DNA of 63,256 nt, the filler included, from Olpidium bornovanus S191 (lineage: Eukaryota; Fungi; Olpidiomycota): NCBI GenBank assembly GCA_017911155.1. It is 27 parts of 27 records of this genome, joined end to end, with 100 filler letters (N's around TTAATTAATTAA, not from the genome) between each part and the next. Parts side by side here need not be neighbours in the genome. Positions count along the whole stretch, not along the records: positions 1 to 4,582 come from JAEFCI010003421.1; positions 4,683 to 7,015 come from JAEFCI010011667.1; positions 7,116 to 9,889 come from JAEFCI010010779.1; positions 9,990 to 11,671 come from JAEFCI010004069.1; positions 11,772 to 15,233 come from JAEFCI010013304.1; 22 more parts are not named here. One strand, given 5' to 3'. The position numbers were made by a program, and so were the translations under genes. Positions within the stretch are counted from its first letter, which is position 1; every line of letters starts with the position of its first letter. The notes below the pieces were generated by a model. It was not told where the DNA came from and searched no databases. It worked only from the letters and a program-made list of their open reading frames with translations. Of the stretch, positions 1 through 11,803 are shown in pieces.

Positions 1-1329
1 CGCTACCCGCGCGGCGGGCATTTGTCGGACCGATCGCGCGCGCCGAGACGCACCGTGTAAGTCCGTGTGTGTGTTTTTTTTTTTTTCACTTCACGTTTCC
101 AACGAGGACTCCCCTTCCCCCCGCCCCCAACACCTACCGACACATTTCCGCGCTCTTCTCCGCTGTTCCCCCGCCGGCGCCGCGCGAACGCGCCGCAACC
201 CTTCTTGCCAGCAACTTCCCCAAAAAGACAATCGCCGCGCCCTTTCCCCTTCACCCCCGGCCTATTTCGCCGCCTGCGTCTTTCCCGCCGCTGCTTCCCC
301 CCCAGGCGCCCCGGCCGACCACTCTCCCCCTTTTCCTGAGACTGCTTCTTCTGCCGATCCGCCCCGTGCCGATAATCCCCCCCCCCGTCGCTCCGAGGCA
401 GACGCGTCACACCACCAGTCAACCAGGCTCCGTAAATTGTTTTGGCCCCGGCGGCCCTGACCATGTTACATTATCGTGCGAACTGGGTCTGCATTAGTAA
501 ATTTTTCCAAGAAACCGCCGCCCTCCCCCCCCCCCCACCCCCCACGCCTCTCTTCCCCGCCCAGACCACGCGCGCGTCAGTGCGGGCAGAAAAAAGAAAC
601 GGATTCCGCTCTCGCTCGCGCGAGCGGCATTTTTTTCCCGTGTCCGCCGCTATTTATTTATTTATTTATTTCTTCATTTATTTTGCGAGGGAACCTTTTG
701 CGAAAACGACCTTCCACACCCCTCCGCCGGCGAGTTCCGTGCGAAGTGGGGACGCGCCAACGGGCATTCCGCAACACGCGACGCGCACCCCGCGCGGCCG
801 GGCAGTGTTCCAAGAAACCGTTCGCCGCCCCCGATTTTTCGTTTCCCCCCCCCCGGCCCGCGGGGAAAAAAAAACTTTTTCCTTTGGCCTCCCCGGCATG
901 TTTGGGGCTCGTCCAGGTTCTGTCTACCCCCGGGCACGATGGTGTACATGCAAACAAAAAAGAAAATGACGATGCGGACAGCGGGGGAAGAATCGCTTCT
1001 TATTTACTTCCCTTTCCGCCCAGATCGAAAATCAGCCGGCTAATTCTGTTGCAAATTTTCGCCGTAGAATTATGTTTTGTCGTTGTGTGGATGGCTCGTC
1101 ACGGGATTTCGGCATCCCGCCGGCCTGGTGAGTTTCCCCATGTTGAGTCAAATCAAGCCGCAGGCGCCACTGCTGGTGGTGCCCTTCCGCCGCGGCATGA
1201 CATGTCGACCAGGCGGCCAAGCCTTCTCGACGCCGAGCGGACGGGCTCCAATAAACACGACAGACAGAATACGGGCCCCTGTGGAGCTGCAAGCAGATTT
1301 GCTGGATTGCGGACGGGTGGTATGCTAGA

Positions 1330-2960
1330 TTTGCTTTTAATAGGGTTGGCACCATGCACATCAACGTAAATGTTGACTGGTTCAATACTGGGAATACAGC
1401 ACCCATCGCTGTCCAAAACAAGCTTTGTTCTTACAGCCCAGTCAATATGGTAAATTGCTCTTTTGGTACCATTTGCGACTCCTTTGGGGATCCACTGGTT
1501 ATGCGTGATTCGACAAGGCATTCCAGGTTAAGCGTACATAACCGGGAAAGTTTTTCCTGTACCGAATCAAGTTTTCGAAACACCTTCTGAAGATCAACTG
1601 GGGTTTTCGTTTCAATCTTCGCCGGGAAATTGAATACTCTACCACCAAGTGGATGGCAGCCATGGCCTTTGTCATTTTTCCAAGAAAACGAAAGTTGTGG
1701 AAGTGCCTGTCTTTATTGCTTGGGGTGACCACAATGATCTGCTGCCCCCTAAATTGATATTTCCAAACACTCTAGCTGCCAGCGCTTCTTTCACCCTGCT
1801 AGTGAACATGCCTTTACGAATTGAAGCCAGTAGCGATCCCCATTCAGGGTTTGCAGCAAACCGCATGTTTTCCTCCAAGGTACACCACCTTATGAATACC
1901 CATGTACAGGGCGTGTCCTGCTGCTGCCGGGCCTTTGAGCATGTGTCCATTCCTGTTGACAGGCCTGTACAGCAGAGTGGCCATCACCGGTGTGGAGGGA
2001 CAATCACCCAGGAGAGGGACTTCAGCTCAAGGACTTCCTCCGTCATCTTCTTTGCTCAATCTTCCTTTCTTCAACACATGTCTATGCCATAAGTTTTGCA
2101 AAGTGGGGGGGTTGGGGCCTGGTTATATACCCAGGGCTGGGAATTAAGCTCAGGTCTCCAGAGCGCAGCTGTGCAGAGGCTAAATAGAGAAACGAAGCTA
2201 AAATAAAGAGACAAAGCTAAAATAGAGACACAAAAGCTAAAGTGACGCGAGAAAAGTTTAAAGCGACATCAAAAAAAAGTTTAAACTGATGTCAAAAAAG
2301 CTTAAAACGCTCTCAAGATAGTTTAAAGTGATGTCAAAAAAGTTTAAAGCAACCTCAAAAAAGTTAAAATGCAGAAAGGTTAAATTCGGACAAAGGCTAA
2401 ATTGGGACAAAGGTTAATTCGAAAAGGGTTAAAAGGGAGGAAATTTCCCTGAAAAAACTGAAAGAAATAGAAAGAAAGAAAGACGACGAAAAGCAAAGCC
2501 TCAAGAAGATAAAAATCAAAGCCCCAGAGTCCAATGTAAGTGTCAACCCCCATACAGGAGAAAACTGCATGTGGTCTCCTGTGAACATGATCAAGCACCC
2601 ACCGAAAGGACGATCCACCTCCTTCAATTTGCTCGAGGCCTGGTCAAGGAGTCCCAGCAGACGGCATTACATCATGGAAATTTCATTCACGATAAGAGCG
2701 TGAACTGCCGCCCATGTTTCCAGAAGTTAAGGGCTGGGCTCTGCGAGGGATTTTGGCAACTTGGGACCTTCTGTTGGCAAGCCAAGTGCAGAGTGCAATG
2801 TAGCTCCTTCAAAGGGCACGGCCGATACACCAGTGGTGCCCACCACCCGGAGAGAGTTCCCTCTGTTCCATGCAAGTAACAGAAGCTTGAATGTCACGGT
2901 GCCAGCTACGGGCGGCATCAAACCCCACTCGGCCTGCGTCAAACCCCCCTCGAGGGCAAT
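1330..2960 (-). pseudogene. Degenerate PIF1-family helicase (Helitron-like), with stops/frameshifts and split by a 478-bp repeat
   Basis: Minus-strand fragments in the expected order: LRVVGTTGVSAVPFEGATLHSALGL, ALIVNEISMM (Walker B region), DRPFGGCLIMFTGDHMQFSPV, LEENMRFAANPEWGSLLASIRKG, MPCRITHNQWIPKGVANGT. No introns seen; several in-frame stops. Confidence 0.8.
2077..2554 (-). repeat. Dispersed AT-rich 478-bp repeat, copy A
   Basis: Reverse complement matches 46604-47081 end to end and most of 48138-48595. Begins TATGGGGG(G/T)TGACACTTACATTG; internal TTTAAACTTTTTTGACATCAC and TTTAGCTTTGTCTCTCTA sub-repeats. Confidence 0.95.
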
Positions 2961-3139
2961 TTACCGTGTGCCAATCAGGTAACCCAAGAATCATTGAGAC
3001 TACTAGACACACCGGTGTGTGTAGTCGTGACATCACATGACCTCAGACCTAGACCAAGAACGAAAACTGTGTGTATAGCGCGCGCCAGCGTACTGGCGAC
3101 GGAGCCGTAACATCAGAGAATTACCACCACGCTGTGGCT

Positions 3140-3322
3140 GCCGGAATATTGCAGAATATTTCCGAGCCTGACGCCAGTACCAAAGCTGCAATACCAGATA
3201 TTGCGGAATATTTCCGAGCCTGATGCCAGTACCAGAGCCGCAATACTGGATATTGCACACCGATACGGTATTGCGCACTGGTATGGTATTGCTCACCGGT
3301 ACGGTATTGCGCACCGGTACGG
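3140..3322 (+). repeat. Tandem arrays: 2-3 x ~52-bp unit followed by 4 x 18-bp unit (ATTGCGCACCGGTACGGT)
   Basis: GAATATTTCCGAGCCTGA(C/T)GCCAGTACCA at ~3154 and ~3206; 18-bp unit repeated across 3250-3322. Confidence 0.9.
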
Positions 3323-4175
3323 TGTAGTGGACACTCTATTATTCCCTCATTCCTCCGCCCAACGCATCGCCTTCTATCGATGTACCGTTCGACCCTGATG
3401 CCTCCCGTTCGATCTCAAGGCTTCCCGTTCGCTCTCGACGCTTCCGTTCGACCTCGAAGCCCTTCGCTTGATCCCGATGCTTTTTGCCCGCTTCTCCTTA
3501 TTGTCAGGGCCCCCCCCAATCGAGGGGGGGCCCAAGTATGTAAACCCCTGGCGTCCCCCCTCTTGGAATAAACACAAGAAAACCTTCGCCAGGCACACCA
3601 CCCACAACAAAGTGGGGAATCCGAGGACGAGCTCTCCCTCTCTCCTCTCGGCGTCGTTTAAGCTCTCCCGTCGCTCCCCCAACGCCATCCCATCCTCCGC
3701 TCCATCACCTACCCCTCGTCGACCGGCCTCCCTCCTTGGCCTTCGACTTGCGCACGCCCTCGCCTCGCCGCCGCCGCCGCGGCGGCTCCGGGACACCCGC
3801 GCCCGACCCCGGTACGTCCGTCGTCGAACCGCCGTCGACCGCCCTCCCCTTGGCGGCCCTTTCGACCGCGCCGTCGATGACAACGCCGTCGACCGCTCCC
3901 GCCACGACCGCTCTCGCCCGGCTGTCTCCTCCGGTGAGGTAGACGCGCTTGCGGCCGCCGCTGCGATACCGCTTCCTGCAGACGAGCCGATGCTCGACCT
4001 CCCACCGCGCACCGTGCCTGTTGAGTTTATTTCTTTCTTCTTTATTCTCTTTTCTCCTACGTGTGTTCTTGGTTAGAACCCACAATGTTGTACGCTGTAC
4101 TTTACGCGTAAACTCCTTTTTGAATAAAGGCCGCACCGCGCGGCGAAACACATAACTCTCACAGGTTATGAGCCC
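3323..4175 (+). mobile_element. Putative 5' LTR (~841 bp, 3323-4163) of a Ty3/gypsy element followed by a GGTTATGAGCCC primer-binding-type motif (4164-4175)
   Basis: Starts TGTAG, ends CTCACA, with AATAAA at 4123-4128. It is followed directly by GGTTATGAGCCC, which I recall as the post-LTR motif of fungal Tf1/chromovirus-like elements. No second LTR is present to confirm the left boundary. Confidence 0.55.
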
Positions 4176-4189
4176 AAACGGACTCTGAC

Positions 4190-4582
4190 GGCCGTCCCCG
4201 CAGCGCCGTCCCGCAGCGCCGTCCCGCAGCGCCGTCCCCGCAGCGCCGTCCCCGTAGCCGCCGCTCCGCCGCCGCCGCCGCTCTCCGCCGCCGCGCTCTC
4301 CATCGGCTCGGCTTCGCCATCGGCACCCAGCTTTTCGGCTTCGCTCGGCTTCGCTTCGGCACCTGCAGCTTTTCGGCTTCGCTCGGCTTCGCTTACGCAC
4401 CCGCAGCTCGGCTACGCCTCCGGGCACCCGCAGCTCGGCTTCGCCTTCGCTTTCGCCGCCACCGCCGCTCTCCGCCGCCGCTTTCCGCCGCCGCCGCTTT
4501 CCGCCGCAGCCGCTGCGCCATCGGCGTTTTCGCCGCAGCTTTCTCGCTTTTGCGCCATCGCCGCCGCCGCTTTCGTCGCCGC
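4190..4582 (+). repeat. GC-rich tandem repeats (13-bp CAGCGCCGTCCCG and GCTTCGCTCGGCTTC-type units), probably retroelement 5' leader
   Basis: Units are directly visible downstream of the putative PBS. Confidence 0.8.
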
Positions 4583-4682
4583 NNNNNNNNNNNNNNNNNN
4601 NNNNNNNNNNNNNNNNNNNNNNNNNNTTAATTAATTAANNNNNNNNNNNNNNNNNNNNNNNNNNNNNNNNNNNNNNNNNNNN
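4583..4682. other. Artificial contig spacer (44 N + TTAATTAATTAA + 44 N); first of 26 identical spacers
   Basis: The identical 100-nt block recurs 26 times, and the 12-mer has stops in all six frames. Contigs: 1-4582, 4683-7015, 7116-9889, 9990-11671, 11772-15233, 15334-17135, 17236-19454, 19555-21538, 21639-24281, 24382-26219, 26320-31082, 31183-32792, 32893-35260, 35361-38173, 38274-41569, 41670-43285, 43386-44408, 44509-45954, 46055-47082, 47183-48931, 49032-51264, 51365-52367, 52468-53687, 53788-57109, 57210-60304, 60405-61630, 61731-63256. Confidence 0.99.
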
Positions 4683-5187
<505 letters not shown>

Positions 5188-6239
5188 CTTGCTTAGCGGT
5201 TTGCCCTGGCGGGTCACCGCACCTGGGATGCGCAAAGGGAATCGGACAAAAGCAACGTGAGTTCAAAGGCGACGACTTGAACGCGCACGGCTCACGTCCG
5301 GAAGTCCACAGCCGGCCTCACGTGCCCTCCAACGAGCAGGATCTTCCGTGGCGAGGATAACGGCCGCCGGCCGCTATTCCACGAAGCGCCGCAGGGGAAG
5401 TCGTCTACCGTTTCCCGCTGCTTCTATGTCAAAGCGGGCGGCGCGCGCGCGCGCATCGAAACGCGCCCGTCGTGCGTGTTCCAGGACGCGCCCAACACGC
5501 AAGCCCTTGGATCGCCACGCGTCCGCGTGAGGGTTCTCGGCAGTTTGCAGGAGGGGAGCATGCTAGGCTCACCAGGACGGCACAAGAAGGCGGGGCAGGG
5601 GGGCGACGTGGGGCAGGAGGACGACGTCGTCGAGTTGGCGGTTTTTTTTTTTTTTTTTTTTGCTCTTTTCTCCGTTTTGCCGCCGGTGTATTTTTTTTTT
5701 TTCTTTTTTTTAATGGCTGCCGGCATTACGCGGACACTTCCCGGGCATTACGCGGGACACCCGCCGAGCCCCATGTCAACTCACTCGGCGCGGGAACCAG
5801 CGCGCCAAACACACCAGCGCACCATGGGCCAACCGCCGTCAAGTCGGCCGTCAACAGCCCGGTTGCCCTGGTCAACTGTCAACCGGCCCACCGTCAACCG
5901 GCCAACCGTTGGCTGCCGACCGTCTGCTGACCATGTAGCAACATACTCATTGCAAAGTTTCTAAATCTACACTCCATCACCTTCAATCGAGGCCTCTCCC
6001 CCCCCCCACCACCCCCCTCGAAGGCTCGATGTCTCGCGATGGCACTACGATAAAACGGGGTGAAACTTTTAGCTTCTATACTTCTCCGCGTTGCCGTTTA
6101 ACCATGCTAACCGCTCTGTCGTGCCTTTCTTTTGGCATGGCGAGAGGCGGAAAGGGAGGCGTCCGGTGGCGGATACGCTGGTTTGTACACGGTGAGTTAA
6201 CGGGTGTCTGCAGGGCGGTTTCATGATGCAATGCTACCG

Positions 6240-6720
6240 GGGAAGGGCAGATGGGTAGTGCTCAAGACAATGGGAGAATACGCGTTGGCGCACAGCTTTT
6301 TGGGAAAAGACTCGGTGTGGCTGGATGTAGATTTGCCACGGAAGCAGGATGAGTTGGCATGTCGACATGCTGATGTGCCGATGGAGGAAGGAGAGATCAC
6401 ACATGTGAATATGTTGTACAGGCCGGTGGCCTAGATTGAGCCAGTGGCGGTGGAGCTCCGCCAGATTCCGCCGAACAGGAGTTGCTTGCGCAAACAGGAG
6501 CCGAGCAGAAAAGATGGATCCGCGATTGGACACACTACGCGAGGGACGCTTGATTTCATCAAGATAGGAAGGGGCGGGTTCCAAAAGCTGGGGAGGCGGC
6601 ACTCCGTGAGGTGAGGTTGTTGGAAAGCACAACAAAGCGTTTGCATTCCGTGATGCGGAGAGGGGCAGTGTCAACCCCCAACGTCGCGGCGGCCCCATCA
6701 AAAAAACCCTTCCCTGCCAG
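6240..6720 (+). pseudogene. Degenerate Ty3/gypsy pol fragment (protease-RT linker)
   Basis: One frame with two stops reads YRPVA*IEPVAVEL...TLDFIKIGRGGF...EVVGKHNKAFAFRDAERGSVNP, resembling the YKPV..KVRPV / KIG.GFL / AFAF...ERG.L.P pattern of fungal gypsy pol. Confidence 0.5.
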
Positions 6721-7147
6721 TCGCCAAATATCTCCGAAGAAGGCTGCGAAGCCAACAAGGGCGCAGACCATGAATCACAAGATGTCATGATTTGCCAAGA
6801 AGTGACCACAGCCAGTGTAAATGCTGGAATCTTTTGCAGAATGGGTGAGGAAACTAGCACAAAAAAGTGAGAAAAATGGTAGTATCAGGGGAGAACCCTG
6901 GCGCTATCTCTGAGGGAGCAAAGCTCGCCAAAGTGTAGCAAATATTCGAAGTTGATTCCCATTGACTCAACGTACAAAACAGCCCGGCAAGCAAAACGTG
7001 CCCTGCTTGATCATGNNNNNNNNNNNNNNNNNNNNNNNNNNNNNNNNNNNNNNNNNNNNTTAATTAATTAANNNNNNNNNNNNNNNNNNNNNNNNNNNNN
7101 NNNNNNNNNNNNNNNGCCCCCCCGCCTCCCCCCCCCCCCCCCTCCCC

Positions 7148-7196
<49 letters not shown>

Positions 7197-7597
7197 TTTT
7201 CACCGCGCCCCGCCGCCGCCTTTGCCGGCTTCGCTTCCAGTTTGAGAGAAGCGTGCGGAACGGCGAGGGAGCATCTTCCGAGTGGGCTCGCGGGATGTCT
7301 CGCGGCAAGCAGTTTCGAAGGCGCGAGCGAAGCGTTCCGCGGGGACCCGGCGGAGGATCGTGCCGTCCCGGCGACGGCTCGCCCTGACCCCCGGGGGAGG
7401 GAAAAGGACGGAGGTGGAACCCGCCTCCTTTTGCCATCGAGGCCGAAGACGCCGAAGCCCAAACGCCCTCTCACGCACGATGCGCAGGTTCCGAGCGGTG
7501 CGCCCCTTCCTCACGGAGCCCCTCCGTGCTGGAACTCATGCCTCCGTGTGGGGGTTTTTTTTCCCCGCGGAACCTCCGGTCGCGTCGCTCTTTCCAG

Positions 7598-9053
7598 GTC
7601 CCCTGACGAGGCTGGTGTCGGAGTACCTTCATGTCACGAACAGGCATCCCGACCAGAGCGTAGCGTTTAAGGTGAAGACGACCGCCCCTAAACAATATTG
7701 CGTCAGGCCGAACTCAGGCAAAATAAAGCCTGGAGAGACCGTCCAGATCCAAGGTGTGTAGGGCCGCTCTTCCCTGCCGCGTGGAGAGAAAAGAAGCTTG
7801 TTTTGTTCTGGGAAAGCCGAGACTCGCCGTCTCTGCTAATCTAGCTGTCGGTTGTTCGAAGTGCTGCTGCAACCGATGAAGGAGGATCCCCCGAAAGACT
7901 TCAGGTGCAAGGATAAGTTTCTTGTGCAGTGCGTCACCATCGCGGATGAACAACAGGATACGCCGATAGCGGAACTGGTACGGATGACTTCCTGCCAACC
8001 AACCGGCGGTGTGGGCAACAGAAGCGGGGTGTTCAGACGAACGGGAAAAACACTCCCTCGTTCGCACGCCAGTGGCCACACGTGGAGGCCGTGGAGCGCG
8101 ACAAGATCGTCGAACAAAAAGTCCGGTGCGTTTTCCTCGAGGCGGAGGACGCCGAAAAGGTCCGCAAACAACGATCCCCCCTGTTCCCCCCCCTCCCCCC
8201 CTCCCCCCGGCCGCAACCTTCATCGCACTTCTCAGCGACTTTTGGCTTCCACTTTTCTGCCCCATTTTTGTTGACCTGGGCTTCGGTTCTCAACGCGGGC
8301 TCGCTGCGCGCCGCGCCGAAAACCGCCCGCGGGCCGCGCAGGCAACGGGCGAAGGAAAGGTTGAAGGGTCTGCGGACCAGGTGAGTCACGACGCAACGCG
8401 GGGATCTGGCGGCGCGCAGAAGACCAGTTCCACGCCGCAAGCGAGCGGCGCATTTGCAGGAAAGGTGTGGGCGGAAGGGGGTTTCTTTTCCCGCCGACTT
8501 TTGCTTCTTGGATGTCTGAATCGAGCCAGTTTCGGAGATCTGGTGCTTAAAGGCGGAAGGCTGGAATATTGTTTCCCGCAGGATTACGCCAATACCCAAC
8601 GGGAGGAGGAGCTGCGTAAGCACAGGGACACGCCGGACCACACTTACACCCCGCGGGAGGAAGAGCTGCTGCGCAAGCTTAGGGCTGCGGAGGCACAGAT
8701 TCAACTACTCTCCAAACAGAACGTAGGCCCCCCCACCCCCCTTCTTTGTTGCTTTTTGAAATTCCGCAACAAGGCGGTGGATCCGGCGGAACATATCGCG
8801 AGACAAACTCCCGGCGCGGTGGCCGATTTCAGCTTGGGAAGCTGCCGTCGTTAAGTTTCCTGATTTACTTCCTCGTGTCTTTTCTCAGGAAATTCGACAG
8901 CGTCGGACGGAACCGTCATCCTCGTCCCGCCCGGCCTCGGCGTCGACTGCCCGCACGGCCACGGCGGTTGTCACCGGGCACACGAGGTTCTCTTTCGAGG
9001 TCGTGTCCATCGTGGCCGTCCTGTCGTTCCTATTCGGCTACCTGTTCTTTTAG
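7598..9053 (+). CDS. SCS2: VAMP-associated protein (MSP domain, C-terminal TM anchor); multi-exon, first exon not resolved
   Basis: GPLTRLVSEYLHVTNRHPDQSVAFKVKTTAPKQYCVRPNSGKIKPGETVQIQ|VLLQPMKEDPPKDFRCKDKFLVQ; ends FSFEVVSIVAVLSFLFGYLFF* (TAG 9051-9053). Confidence 0.95.
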
Positions 9054-9795
9054 GCGTACCGGTTTTAAGTTCGACCTTTTACGCTCTTTTACTCAGCATC
9101 GGCACCTTTCTCTTTCTTTGGAATTTTGTCCGTTTGTATAATCCCTCCCCCCGCCCCCCCCCCCCCCCCGCCCCCCCCCCCCCCCCCTCCTCCCCTCCCC
9201 CCCCCAAGGCTCGGTCAAATGGGATATGGCTTTTCCCCGCACGTTCGATTCGACCGCTCGGCGTTCTCGTTTTTCGGAGATGCGCGCGTGGAAATAAAGG
9301 TCATCTGGCATTCGGTTTCGGCGACCGCGTCGCGTCGGGGGGGGACGCCCCGAGCGGAAACTCCCGCCAGCCGGAGTAATCGCGTGAAAGCGTTTCCAGC
9401 AGTTCTGCTTCCACCTTGTGAAGCTTTCGGTGACGTCCGCTTGCCACTCCCGAAGGCAGTTAATTATATACACAATTGCCAGGACTTGGGGGGAGGGGGG
9501 GTTGAAAGAAGCGGAACAATGCCTGTCCTCATCAATACTGTCGTGCCAAAAAGAAAACGAAGGGAAGGGAACGGGTGAAAAGGAGCAAGGCTATCCTCAT
9601 CAATCCGCGCGCGCTAAACGGACAACAACGAAAAGGAACATAAAAAAAGGAAAAACGAAATCAATTTGCTTATCAGCTCTTGTGGGGAGGTAAAAAAAAA
9701 AAATTAGAAAAAAAAAGTTGAAACAGACGGGAGATTTGAGCTCCCCGCTCTTTTTGGCTCATTAATTGCCTACGTAACCCCTCGCGAAAAAAAAG

Positions 9796-9874
<79 letters not shown>

Positions 9875-9989
9875 AAGAAAAAAGAAAAANNNNNNNNNNN
9901 NNNNNNNNNNNNNNNNNNNNNNNNNNNNNNNNNTTAATTAATTAANNNNNNNNNNNNNNNNNNNNNNNNNNNNNNNNNNNNNNNNNNNN

Positions 9990-10113
9990 ATGCCTTATCC
10001 TCAAAAACTCAATAAAGCATCCTCGGAAACTCAACAAAGCAAACCATGCCTCATCCTCGGAAACTCAACAAAACAAACCATGCCTCATCCTCGGAAACTC
10101 AACAAAGCAAACC
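9990..10113 (+). repeat. 34-bp tandem repeat (ATGCCTCATCCTCGGAAACTCAACAAAGCAAACC), ~3.5 units
   Basis: Unit starts at 10046 and 10080; degenerate units upstream. Confidence 0.9.
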
Positions 10114-10221
10114 GCGTTACGTGGTCGGTATAGCGCGCTATAACGTGCGGCACAGCTTAGGGGAACTTGGCGGTGATGCGGGCCTCGAAAAACAAAAACA
10201 AAAAAAAGGTATCATGAACGG

Positions 10222-11493
10222 TCACACGATCAGCTCCTCCTCGAGTTGAAACCGGTCGATTTCCTCGAAATACTTTCTCTTCCTCTCCGACTCCGACCTG
10301 GCCATCGCCCCTCCCTCCTCGTCGTGGCTATTTTGGGCAGGCTCCGCAGCAACGGCGGCGGCCCTCGGTCCGATCTGCATCTCTCGCCGCCGGCTGGCCC
10401 GCCCCGCTCTCGAAACTTCGCGCAACGGCGAGCCCTGGTCGCCGCCCTGCTGGCGGGGTGTCGTCGCCGCCTCCCTCTCCGCCTTCTTCGCCGCCTCCCG
10501 GGCGGTTCCCCTCTCGGGCGGCCCGCCCTGGCGCCCTTTCCGGCCCGCGGGCGGCGCCTTCTTCCGCTCCGGGAGCATGGCGACGTAGTCGAGCGACGTC
10601 AGCCGCGCCTCGTCCGGGGCGCCGTCGCCGTCGGCCTTCCTTCGCCTGGGCCGCCGCGCCGGCGTCCCGCGCGGCGGCGCGACGTTTTCGGACTCGCCCT
10701 GACCGCCGTCGGCCGGCGGGCCGTCCTCGGTTCTCGAAGGGGGCTTTGTCGCCTCGGTCGCGTCCGGGCGGCGCGGCGGCTCGGAGGAGGGGGAAGTCGC
10801 GGGCGGCGGGGAGGGGGCGGTCGCGTTTTCCCCGGCGGCCCTCGCGCCGCCGGGCTTCCGCGGCCGTCCCTTGTCGTCGCTCGCCCCCGGGCGCGGCGCG
10901 GCCGAGCGCCGCAGCAAGGTGCTGCGCAGTGCACGCTCGGCCGCCGCGAAGCCGAACGGGTCGTCCCAGGCCGGGTCCTCCGACCAAGGCGAGCTCGGCT
11001 GGGGCGGCGGCGGCGGCGGCGGCGGCTGCGGGGCTCTTCCCCGCGCGGGGACGGGCCGGGAGCGGTTGAAGGCCCGGCGTGAACGGACCGGTGTCGCCAC
11101 ACCGCGGTGCCGCCCCGCGGCGGGGTCGTCGCTCGACGGGGATCGGGGCCGCGGCGGCGACGACCCTGCACCTCCCGGTCTTGCGGAAGCGGCGGCGGCG
11201 GCCTCGCGTCCGGAGTCCGGGGTCGACCGCCGCGGAGACGGTGCCGCAGAGGCGGACGCAGCGAGTGAGCACGGCGCGTCGCGTGCGCGGGACGACGCGT
11301 CCTCGGCGCCGCGCAGAGGGTTCCGCCGGCGGGGCCGCCGGCGGATCTCCAGCGGCCGATCCTCCTCGCCGTCTTTCCCGCCGCGGGCGGCTCCCACCCG
11401 AAGGGCGAGGGCGGTCTCCATGGCCGGCGCGAGCGGCGCAGCTGCGTTTGGTCGGGGGCGCCGGGGCTGCTGCTGCTGCTGCTGCTGCTGCTG
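10222..11493 (-). CDS. Sororin-like cohesin regulator, large terminal exon (5' end missing)
   Basis: Low-complexity ORF with DDPFGFAAAER (FGF motif, 10948-10956) and C-terminal SERKRKYFEEIDRFQLEEELIV*; CAG acceptor near 11493. Confidence 0.6.
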   Translation of the reverse strand, partial: QQQQQQQQQPRRPRPNAAAPLAPAMETALALRVGAARGGKDGEEDRPLEIRRRPRRRNPLRGAEDASSRARDAPCSLAASASAAPSPRRSTPDSGREAAAAASARPGGAGSSPPRPRSPSSDDPAAGRHRGVATPVRSRRAFNRSRPVPARGRAPQPPPPPPPPQPSSPWSEDPAWDDPFGFAAAERALRSTLLRRSAAPRPGASDDKGRPRKPGGARAAGENATAPSPPPATSPSSEPPRRPDATEATKPPSRTEDGPPADGGQGESENVAPPRGTPARRPRRRKADGDGAPDEARLTSLDYVAMLPERKKAPPAGRKGRQGGPPERGTAREAAKKAEREAATTPRQQGGDQGSPLREVSRAGRASRRREMQIGPRAAAVAAEPAQNSHDEEGGAMARSESERKRKYFEEIDRFQLEEELIV

Positions 11494-11803
11494 CGGGCGG
11501 GGGGAGTGAGGAGGAGGGAGGAGGAGGGAGGAGGAGGCGGAGGAACAAAAAGCAAACGCAAACCGCGCGGGGGGAGAAACCCGTCCGCCCCCCGTTCACT
11601 CGCCTCACCCCCCCCGCCCGCCCGCCCCCGCCTCCCCCCCCCCCCCCCCCCCGGGGCTTTCCCCCCGGGCCNNNNNNNNNNNNNNNNNNNNNNNNNNNNN
11701 NNNNNNNNNNNNNNNTTAATTAATTAANNNNNNNNNNNNNNNNNNNNNNNNNNNNNNNNNNNNNNNNNNNNCATGACTTGTGAAACACAGCGAGAAAAAT
11801 TAC

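Noticed and set aside
4627-4638. TTAATTAATTAA recurring at intervals, superficially like a CRISPR or regulatory repeat
   Set aside because: Always centred in N runs with fixed geometry; it is a scaffolding linker.
5411-5470. E2F-like TTTCCCGC and MCB-like AAACGCG upstream of PCNA
   Set aside because: Biologically attractive, but TTTCCCGC also occurs at unrelated positions (e.g. ~281, ~8548, ~12962) in this GC-rich DNA, so no enrichment can be claimed without a genome-wide test.
10246-11723. Multiple long overlapping ORFs on both strands (also 26431-29610, 39635-40903)
   Set aside because: Shadow ORFs expected at very high GC; only one frame per locus has conserved motifs.
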